The notes beneath the pieces are model-generated. The model was not told where the DNA came from, made no database searches, and saw nothing but the letters and a program-made list of their open reading frames with translations. Source: Halomicrobium mukohataei DSM 12286 (lineage in GTDB: Archaea; Halobacteriota; Halobacteria; Halobacteriales; Haloarculaceae). Taken from it: a stretch of 32,000 bases of DNA. The position numbers and the translations under genes are program-made. Shown here piece by piece: positions 25,710 through 32,000 of the stretch (position 1 is the first letter of the stretch; every line of letters begins with the position of its first letter). Location: contig NC_013202.1 of NCBI RefSeq assembly GCF_000023965.1, positions 750,001 through 782,000 of the forward strand, given 5' to 3'.

Positions 25710-26279
25710 GTGAACAAGCGTCGTGTCGGACGAGACGAATCGATCGCGTTTACACTACCCGATGCGAGCGTCGGCGGAGAGAAGCGCCGTTCCGAGACGT
25801 TGGCACGCGAACACGAGCGGGTCCTCGTCGTCCTGTTGCGAAGTCACTACTGTCCACTGAGTCGCGAGATCGTCCAGTCACTCCGGGACGAGTACGGGTC
25901 GTTCGCGTCTCGGTCGACGGCCGTCGTGGCGGTGTTGCCCGACAGCGTCGAGCGGGGAGCGGTGTGGCAGCGACGCTACGAGTTGCCGTTTTCCGTCCTG
26001 GCCGATCCCGGCGAGTCGGAGTCGGGAGACGACGAAACGGCTTCGAGTTCGCCGTCGTTCGGAACGTTCGAGCCCTACGCCCGCTATCTCCAGTCGCTCC
26101 CCGGCGGTGCGCTGTTCCGGACCGACGGCGACGAACTCAGGCTGATCGAGACCGTCGGCAACGACGGTCGACAGTCGTTCCCGTCGATCGAGGAGCTACT
26201 GAGCGAGATCGAGTCACACGACCGGGGCGAGACTAGGCAGCGGGCCGGGCCGCGAGCGGACACCTACGGCCGTCACTGA
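25710..26279 (+). CDS. thioredoxin-fold redoxin / peroxiredoxin-like protein (tentative)
   Basis: GTG start. The pattern FTLPDASVGGEKRRSETLAREHERVLVVLLRSHYCPLSREIV...AVLPDSVERGAVWQRRYELPFSVLADP resembles the AhpC/TSA-type fold with a single Cys. The tail is acidic. Confidence 0.55.
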   Translation: MNKRRVGRDESIAFTLPDASVGGEKRRSETLAREHERVLVVLLRSHYCPLSREIVQSLRDEYGSFASRSTAVVAVLPDSVERGAVWQRRYELPFSVLADPGESESGDDETASSSPSFGTFEPYARYLQSLPGGALFRTDGDELRLIETVGNDGRQSFPSIEELLSEIESHDRGETRQRAGPRADTYGRH

Positions 26280-26336
26280 CGCACCTGCGGTCGTCACTGA
26301 CACGCCGACGGCGTCGTCGACGTGTGAGTCCGGTAC

Positions 26337-27071
26337 TCAGTACCGAGTCGCGTCGAGCGTCTCGGCCGCCTCGCGAGCGGCTTCGAGGTACTCGCGGGCC
26401 TGTCGCGGGCTGTCGGCGTCGCGAGCGCGCCGAGCGTACTGTTCGACGGTCTGGACGAGGAGCCCGCGTGCGTTCTGCAGTTGTTCGTCGACCGAGTCGG
26501 GAGCCCCCGAACGAGGGTCGTCGGCGGCTCCGCCGGAGCGGCCAGCCGGCTGCGTGCTCGTCGCGGCCGGATCGACCGACGGTGCGCTCCGCGGGTCGGC
26601 GGACTCTTCGGGTGCCGGCCCGGTGGCATCGTGTCGACCGTCGACGGTGGCTGTGTCGCGCTGGTTCTGGCCAGCTCCGGCACTCGACGGTCTACCGCCA
26701 GTCGGTTGTCGACTGTCCGCTTCGGAGGCACGTGGTGGCTGCTGGCTGCCCGCCTCCGACGCTGGCTGCTGGTCGTCGGCGTCGCCGAACTGGACTGTCG
26801 CGTCGTCGCTCGGCGTCGTCACCTCGATGTTGTCGCCGGTGTCGTCGCCCGCGTCGTCGCCGCGGTCGACCGGCTGCTGGCAGGTGGGACAGAACTCCTG
26901 TCCGTCGTACCGGAAGATGGGGTCGCCGCAGTTGTTGCAGTGGGCGTTGGTCATCGTCGCGCCCTTCAACAGGAGGTCGCTCATCTGCTCGGTGGCCTCG
27001 CGATCGGACTCTGCGTCGCCGTACTTCTCGCGGAGCTTCTCGCGTTCGGTCTCTTTGTCGAAGTCGCTCAT
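26337..27071 (-). CDS. zinc-ribbon protein, autoantigen p27 (Sjogren/scleroderma) family-like, with long disordered tail
   Basis: Start was moved to MSDFDKETEREKLREKYGDAESDREATEQMSDLLLKGATMTNAHCNNCGDPIFRYDGQEFCPTCQ. This N-terminal helix plus C-x2-C...C-x2-C ribbon is characteristic of that archaeal family. The remainder is low-complexity and acidic. Confidence 0.65.
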   Translation of the reverse strand: MSDFDKETEREKLREKYGDAESDREATEQMSDLLLKGATMTNAHCNNCGDPIFRYDGQEFCPTCQQPVDRGDDAGDDTGDNIEVTTPSDDATVQFGDADDQQPASEAGSQQPPRASEADSRQPTGGRPSSAGAGQNQRDTATVDGRHDATGPAPEESADPRSAPSVDPAATSTQPAGRSGGAADDPRSGAPDSVDEQLQNARGLLVQTVEQYARRARDADSPRQAREYLEAAREAAETLDATRY

Positions 27072-27202
27072 ACCCGTAGGGAGGCCACCGAGGAGAAAAG
27101 GGCTTGTGGGAGCCACTCGGCGCGACCGGTCGACCACGGCGATAAATGGTCGACGCGTGTCCGACACGCTTTTCGTCCAGCCATCCGGTGGTACTAGGTG
27201 TC

Positions 27203-28117
27203 ATGACAAAGGTAAGCGTGGTCGGCGCAGCCGGAACAGTCGGTGCCGCAGCAGGGTACAACATCGCGTTGCGCGACATCGCGGACGAACTCGTCTACGT
27301 CGACATTCCGGATCAAGAAGACGTGACGATCGGGCAGGCCGCCGACACCAACCACGGGGTCGCCTACGACTCGAACACGACGATTCGACAGGGCACCTAC
27401 GAGGACACCGCCGGCTCCGACGTGGTCGTCATCACGGCGGGGATCCCTCGCCAGCCCGGTCAGACCCGGATCGATCTCGCCGGGGACAACGCGCCGATCA
27501 TGGACGACATCGGCTCGTCGCTGGCCGAGCACAACGACGACTTCGTGACGATCACCACCTCGAATCCGGTGGACCTGCTCAACCGTCACCTCTACGAGAC
27601 GGGCGATCGCGCCCGCGAGAAGGTGATCGGCTTCGGCGGTCGCCTCGACTCCGCGCGCTTTCGCTACGTGCTCGCCGAACGCTTCGACACGGAGGTTCAG
27701 AACGTCGAGGCGACGATCCTCGGCGAGCACGGGGACGCACAGGTGCCGGTCTTCTCGAAGGTCCGCATCGACGGTGCGGACCCCGACTTTTCCGCCGACG
27801 AGAAAGAGGCGATCCTCGGCGAACTCCAGGAGAGCGCCATGGACGTCATCGAGCGCAAAGGCGCGACCGAGTGGGGGCCGGCGACCGGCGTGGCCCACAT
27901 GGTCGAGGCCGTCCTGCGCGACACGGGTGAAGTACTCCCCGGTTCGGTCGTCCTCGACGGCGAGTTCGGCCACGAGGGCACCGCTTTCGGCGTCCCGGTC
28001 AAACTCGGCTCCGACGGCGTCGAGGAGGTCGTCGAGTGGGACCTGGACGACTACGAGCAGGATCTGATGGCCGAGGCGAGCGAGAAACTGGCCGAACAGT
28101 ACGACAAGATCGGATAA
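27203..28117 (+). CDS. mdh: malate dehydrogenase (LDH-like haloarchaeal type)
   Basis: Start is at [19 protein letters not shown] (Rossmann G-x-x-G-x-x-G). The substrate loop is [16 protein letters not shown], and the catalytic His is in [11 protein letters not shown]. The product is 304 aa. Confidence 0.93.
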   Translation: MTKVSVVGAAGTVGAAAGYNIALRDIADELVYVDIPDQEDVTIGQAADTNHGVAYDSNTTIRQGTYEDTAGSDVVVITAGIPRQPGQTRIDLAGDNAPIMDDIGSSLAEHNDDFVTITTSNPVDLLNRHLYETGDRAREKVIGFGGRLDSARFRYVLAERFDTEVQNVEATILGEHGDAQVPVFSKVRIDGADPDFSADEKEAILGELQESAMDVIERKGATEWGPATGVAHMVEAVLRDTGEVLPGSVVLDGEFGHEGTAFGVPVKLGSDGVEEVVEWDLDDYEQDLMAEASEKLAEQYDKIG

Positions 28118-28210
28118 CAGCGTCGTCCGGTCGTCTCGGCGGTATCCCGTTCTGTGAACAGTTGCCGAGTAGTCGGCGTCGACCAGGTGATCGACCGCGA
28201 TGGTGATACG

Positions 28211-28627
28211 TCACTGGCCGGCCATGGGTGACCCAGTCACAGACCGGAGCACGTATTCGGCGACACCGAGAGCGGTCATCAATCCGAGTGCGGCCAACAG
28301 ACTGAACAGATTCCGCACGTACGAGACCCCGGGAGACAGCCGGTCAGGTTGGACGATGCTGAACGAGAGAATCACGATGACGACGACAGGTGCCACGAGG
28401 GAATACTTCGTCCACAGATAGCCGACGAGAGCCGCAATTTCGACGAGGAGGAGGATATGTAGCAGCGACAGTACACTCATTCCGAGCGGTGAGGCGACGA
28501 ACGTCGCAACCGGGTCTCGCGTCGCCTGGGCCGTCATCACGATGCCCCCGACAGTCCCGTACGGGAGGCCGAAACGGAGTGCCGATCTCGTATGACTGGA
28601 ATCCAGCCTGGAGAGAGAGACGGTCAC
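28211..28627 (-). CDS. small polytopic membrane protein, divergent fifth member of the 29.1-30.8 kb paralog family
   Basis: 138 aa. The segment AALVGYLWTKYSLVAPVVV...FSLLAALGLMTALGVAEYVLRSV aligns by eye with LGAVPGYLLVRYRIVSPLPI...HAYALGVLVVVGFGEYLVRDQV of the array proteins. It lacks the SHDP(L/I)L tail. Confidence 0.55.
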   Translation of the reverse strand: MTVSLSRLDSSHTRSALRFGLPYGTVGGIVMTAQATRDPVATFVASPLGMSVLSLLHILLLVEIAALVGYLWTKYSLVAPVVVIVILSFSIVQPDRLSPGVSYVRNLFSLLAALGLMTALGVAEYVLRSVTGSPMAGQ

Positions 28628-28763
28628 GACGGAAGTATTTCGCCTTGTAAGTCAAAAATATATCTCTGAGAATGTAGAATCGAGCCAGACAGTATTTGTT
28701 GTCCGTTCAAATGTTGGTACCGACCGGCAGGGAGAGGAGCCACATGGGAAGCGCCAGTGAGGA

Positions 28764-28901
28764 TCACTCCGCGTGATCACCGCGGTACTCCGACTCCGAC
28801 GGGAGCCACGTACCCGATTCGTCATCGAGCAGTTCTTCCGAAACATCCTCGCCGAGGAGCGACGCCCACTCCTCGAGGTGTGAGCGATCAGGTTGGAGCA
28901 T
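28764..28901 (-). CDS. possible small acidic protein (45 aa) in the spacer of the paralog array
   Basis: The product is MLQPDRSHLEEWASLLGEDVSEELLDDESGTWLPSESEYRGDHAE. It is in a different frame from the listed 88-aa ORF 28652..28918, whose product is basic and implausible. The acidic composition fits the proteome. There is no homology evidence. Confidence 0.25.
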   Translation of the reverse strand: MLQPDRSHLEEWASLLGEDVSEELLDDESGTWLPSESEYRGDHAE

Positions 28902-29143
28902 GGTCTCAGCGGGTACAACTCTGTCGGAATATATAATGATTGTGCCGGTCGCCGAGAACTGGGAAGCCGTCGGCGCGGTGACTCATACTGCCGGCTGCCA
29001 CTGTTTGAAGATACTCGCGACCACGGGGTCGCAGTATTCTGTACAGACGGACAGCCGGCAGTGTCACGACGGTCTCCGGTAACGTGCGTCGGCGGCGGCC
29101 CTCGGAGCGCGACGACACACCTCCGTAGTACGGCCGGTTCGAC

Positions 29144-29548
29144 CTACAGAAGCGGATCGTGAGAGACGTACGGGACCTGATCGCGGACGAGATATTCCCC
29201 GAAGCCGACGACGACGAGCACGCCGAGGGCGTACGCGTGGACGATCGGGTTCGAGTACAGGACGATGAACGGTTCCATACTCCCGCGGTCGACGAACGCG
29301 TACCACGTCAGGAACCCGCTGATCGGTAACGGTGACACGATCCGATAGCGCACCAGCAGGTACCCGGGCACTGCGCCCAGGAGAAACGGACCGAGAAACA
29401 CGATCGGTGCCGTGAGGACGAGGACGACGCCTCCATCAGAGAACATCTGCGGGTCGATGTTCCAGTGTGCGTAAAGGAGGAACGCGACGTTGGCGAAGCC
29501 GAAGACAATGCCCGGGAGAGTATACTTGTCGAGATATACACCATTCAT
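29144..29548 (-). CDS. 4-TM membrane protein, tandem paralog 1 (134 aa)
   Basis: Four hydrophobic helices. It shares the family motifs NVAFLLYAHWNIDP, LGAVPGYLLVRYRIVSP, SGFLTWYAFVDRGSMEPFI, GEYLVRDQVPYVSHDPLL. A GGAGGA lies 12 nt upstream of the ATG. Confidence 0.75.
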   Translation of the reverse strand: MNGVYLDKYTLPGIVFGFANVAFLLYAHWNIDPQMFSDGGVVLVLTAPIVFLGPFLLGAVPGYLLVRYRIVSPLPISGFLTWYAFVDRGSMEPFIVLYSNPIVHAYALGVLVVVGFGEYLVRDQVPYVSHDPLL

Positions 29549-29566
29549 CGTATCAGATCGTCCTCC

Positions 29567-29974
29567 CTACAGTAGCGGATCGTGAGAGACGAACGGGATC
29601 CGTTCGCGGGCGAAGTACTCCCAGAAGCCGACGCCCCCGAGCACGCAGATGGCGAACGCGTGAATGAACGGACTCGAGTACAGTCCGATGAACGGTTCCA
29701 TGCTCCGCTGGTCGACGTACGCGAACCAAGAGAGGTAGCCACTGATTACGAGCGGCGACACGACTCGATAGCGAAGCAGCAGGTACCCGGGAACTGCGCC
29801 CAAGAGAAAGTGACCGAACAACACCACCGCTGTCTCGATATGGAGTAATAATCCTCCATTTGAGAACTCCAGCGGATCGATTTGCCATCGTGCGTAGAGA
29901 AGGAAAACGACGTTGGCGATGCCGAATACCATGCTCAAGATGACGTACGAATCGATGTGGAATGGATCTCTCAT
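29567..29974 (-). CDS. 4-TM membrane protein, tandem paralog 2 (135 aa)
   Basis: Start is set at MRDPFHIDSYVIL (ATG 29974), by analogy with paralog 3; the longer ORF to 30112 would overlap paralog 3. Motifs are NVVFLLYARWQIDP, LGAVPGYLLLRYRVVSP, SMEPFI, WEYFARERIPFVSHDPLL. Confidence 0.75.
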   Translation of the reverse strand: MRDPFHIDSYVILSMVFGIANVVFLLYARWQIDPLEFSNGGLLLHIETAVVLFGHFLLGAVPGYLLLRYRVVSPLVISGYLSWFAYVDQRSMEPFIGLYSSPFIHAFAICVLGGVGFWEYFARERIPFVSHDPLL

Positions 29975-29990
29975 AATCTGGTCGTCCGTC

Positions 29991-30386
29991 CTACAGTATC
30001 GGGTCGTGTGAGAGGAACGGGATCTTATCACGGATGAAGTACTCACCCAAACCAAAGGCGGCGAGGACAGCGAGAACGTGGCCGTGGAGGATCGGAAGAG
30101 AGTACAGAGCAATAAATGACTCCATACCCCCCCTGTCGACGTATGCGGCCCAGGTCAGAAATCCACTGATCACCACCGGTAGCACGATCCGATAGCGAAC
30201 CAACAGATATGCTGGAACGGCACCCAATGCAAAGTGTCCCAGCCTCACGATCGGCGTGAACAGCCCCAGATCGGCGAGTTCGAGTGGATCGATCTGCCAT
30301 CTCGCGAAGAGGAGAAAGGCGACGTTTGCGATCCCGAACACCGCGCTCAAGATGACGTACGAATCGATGTGGAATGTATCTCTCAT
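29991..30386 (-). CDS. 4-TM membrane protein, tandem paralog 3 (131 aa)
   Basis: The product begins MRDTFHIDSYVILSAVFGIANVAFLLFARWQIDP. It also has LGAVPAYLLVRYRIVLP, GMESFI and GEYFIRDKIPFLSHDPIL. It is separated by 16 nt from each neighbouring paralog. Confidence 0.75.
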   Translation of the reverse strand: MRDTFHIDSYVILSAVFGIANVAFLLFARWQIDPLELADLGLFTPIVRLGHFALGAVPAYLLVRYRIVLPVVISGFLTWAAYVDRGGMESFIALYSLPILHGHVLAVLAAFGLGEYFIRDKIPFLSHDPIL

Positions 30387-30402
30387 ACTCTGATCGTTTG
30401 TC

Positions 30403-30834
30403 CTACAGTATCGGGTCGTGAGAGACGTACGGGACCTGATCGCGGACGAGATATTCCGCGAAGCCGACGACGACGAGCACGCCGAGGCTGTACGCGTGGA
30501 CGATCGGGTTCGAGTACAGTACGATGAACGGTTCCATACTTCCGCGGTCGACGAACGCGTACCACGTCAGGAACCCGCTGATCGGTAACGGTGACACAAT
30601 CCGATAGCGCACCAGCAGGTACCCGGGCACTGCGCCCAGGAGGAACGGGCCGAGAAACACGATCGGTGCCGTGAGGACGAGGACGACGCCTCCATCAGAG
30701 AACATCTGCGGGTCGATGTTCCAGTGTGCGTAGAGGAGGAACGCGACGTTAACCGCACCGAGGAATCCACCGACAATTGTGTACTTGTTCACCTGCAGTG
30801 TTTCTTCAAAAACCCCACCCATTTTCTCACTCAT
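30403..30834 (-). CDS. 4-TM membrane protein, tandem paralog 4 (143 aa)
   Basis: From residue ~32 onward it is nearly identical to paralog 1 (LLYAHWNIDPQMFSDGGVVLVLTAPIVFLGPFLLGAVPGYLLVRYRIVSPLPISGFLTWYAFVDRGSMEPFIVLYSNPIVHAY.LGVLVVVGF.EYLVRDQVPYVSHDP.L). The N-terminus is different (MSEKMGGVFEETLQVNKYTIVGGFLGAV). An alternative start is Met5 (30822). Confidence 0.75.
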   Translation of the reverse strand: MSEKMGGVFEETLQVNKYTIVGGFLGAVNVAFLLYAHWNIDPQMFSDGGVVLVLTAPIVFLGPFLLGAVPGYLLVRYRIVSPLPISGFLTWYAFVDRGSMEPFIVLYSNPIVHAYSLGVLVVVGFAEYLVRDQVPYVSHDPIL

Positions 30835-30922
30835 ACATTAGTTTTAATATTTATTTGATTATTAATAGTGCGATACAATCGGGTCGTATTCACCCGTTCG
30901 AAATATACTCTCACACTGTAAA

Positions 30923-31915
30923 TCAATCATCGTCAAAATATTTCCAATTTCCGTTGTGCGATCCGAATCGTTCCGATGTGGCGGTATTACCAACCGAGAT
31001 AGTTTCCGAATTAATCCCCGATTCCTGAGACCAGAAATCAGATACCTTATCTCTCGCAGCGTCTATTTTCCAGTTGATGTTCTCGTTATCTCGCAGGTGA
31101 CCATGTGTACAGGGGTCTTGATGCGACTGTCCAACCGCAGTGATACCATCTGCAGGAACGTCATACAGTCTAATGTGCCACTGCTTCGTTTCGGCATCAC
31201 AGAAAATATCGGAGATCCACTTCATAATGTGCTTGTCAGTTTCTTTAGTCCCACCGTTGGGAAGGTTGACCGTCTTCGGGACACGCATCCACGGGAGCAT
31301 CGTGACCGGCCCGGGTAGCCAGGCTCTTCCAACGCTTGCATTTTCCATATTTTGCTTAATACTTTGAGAATCCTCCGCTTCCCAGGCAAGGTTCAACGGT
31401 GAACTGCGACTCTGCTGGTCGCTATCGGCGTCGGGATCGTAGTGATACAGCGGGACGTTTCCGTCAATTTCTGCCTGGTCCTGCAGTTCGATCTCTTCGC
31501 TCTGTTGTTCTCTGATGCGTTCCTCCGCGTGCCGGTTTTCTGCCTCTGTTCCGATGACTTTCTTGGTCTGGAAGGTGTAGGTCGTCTTCCGTCGCTCTCG
31601 TACCGCCTCGGGAACACGCTCCTTCGAGAGGACCTGATCCATGTATCTGAAGATCGGATCCCCGTACCGCTCGGCCAGATCCACGCTCTCGAACTTCCGT
31701 TCCAGAATGTAGCGGTCTTCGTGACTCGGATCAGGACGATAGTGAGAGACGAGTCTCCCGTCCGCGTACACGGGTAACTGTTCGTCGTTACCTGGCCCCC
31801 CGGTACCGAGCGGTTGCACTGTACTGTCCGACGAACGGTCGGCGGTTGCGCTCTGTACCGCACCGAGTAGCGATGTGGAGGCGATGCCCTTGAGGAATTT
31901 TCTTCGTTTCGTCAT
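30923..31915 (-). CDS. Tat-secreted protein of unrecognised family (330 aa)
   Basis: The N-terminus MTKRRKFLKGIASTSLLGAVQSATA has a near-consensus twin-arginine motif (RRKFLK), then a hydrophobic region and an A-x-A-like site. The mature part is hydrophilic and acidic with 2 Cys. It has many A/T-ending codons compared with the core genes. AT-rich regions lie on both sides. Confidence 0.75.
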   Translation of the reverse strand: MTKRRKFLKGIASTSLLGAVQSATADRSSDSTVQPLGTGGPGNDEQLPVYADGRLVSHYRPDPSHEDRYILERKFESVDLAERYGDPIFRYMDQVLSKERVPEAVRERRKTTYTFQTKKVIGTEAENRHAEERIREQQSEEIELQDQAEIDGNVPLYHYDPDADSDQQSRSSPLNLAWEAEDSQSIKQNMENASVGRAWLPGPVTMLPWMRVPKTVNLPNGGTKETDKHIMKWISDIFCDAETKQWHIRLYDVPADGITAVGQSHQDPCTHGHLRDNENINWKIDAARDKVSDFWSQESGINSETISVGNTATSERFGSHNGNWKYFDDD

Positions 31916-32000
31916 TGCAAGCAGATTTTGGTTTAGAGCACAGTCAAAAAAAAACCTATTATCTCTATTTGATTTTCAACGAAGTGGTTTGTAGGCAATG

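Noticed and set aside
28652-28918. Listed 88-aa minus-strand ORF in the spacer of the paralog array.
   Set aside because: The product is strongly basic and Arg/Ser-rich. An overlapping 45-aa acidic ORF in another frame (28764..28901) is more plausible, and even that is low confidence.

Overview
This is a high-GC haloarchaeal (Halobacteria-like) chromosomal window. The proteins are very acidic, exported proteins carry Tat signals, adjacent genes often have ATGA start/stop overlaps, and the ORF track is crowded with Arg/Pro-rich shadow ORFs. Core housekeeping genes (thrC, serA, glyS, hef, mdh, a Kef-type antiporter with a KhtT-like regulator, and a CBS protein) are interrupted by two visibly lower-GC accessory segments.

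Segment 1 (~3.3-15 kb) reads as a class II lanthipeptide gene cluster. It contains a 1074-aa LanM with a CCG-type (three-Cys) zinc site and a Tat-exported, membrane-anchored beta-lactamase-fold serine hydrolase. It also has a 2-TM membrane protein and a winged-HTH regulator translationally coupled to the first of two adjacent ABC ATPase/ABC-2 permease pairs. A 43-codon precursor peptide gene sits at 14777-14908, behind a ~200-bp AT-rich region; it is absent from the ORF track because it is too short. Its product is MAYSASNDLKTELDQLFDIDSPTIKAHDKKCFTESCTCSIACF.

Segment 2 (~28.2-32 kb) is a co-directional array of five paralogous small 4-TM proteins. Four are tightly packed, and the two outer copies of that block are about 97% identical at DNA level over ~335 bp. 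A Tat-secreted 330-aa protein of unrecognised family lies upstream of the array. I read this as a candidate secreted-effector/immunity-type polymorphic locus, but that is inference.

No rRNA, tRNA, CRISPR array or transposase is supported in the window.
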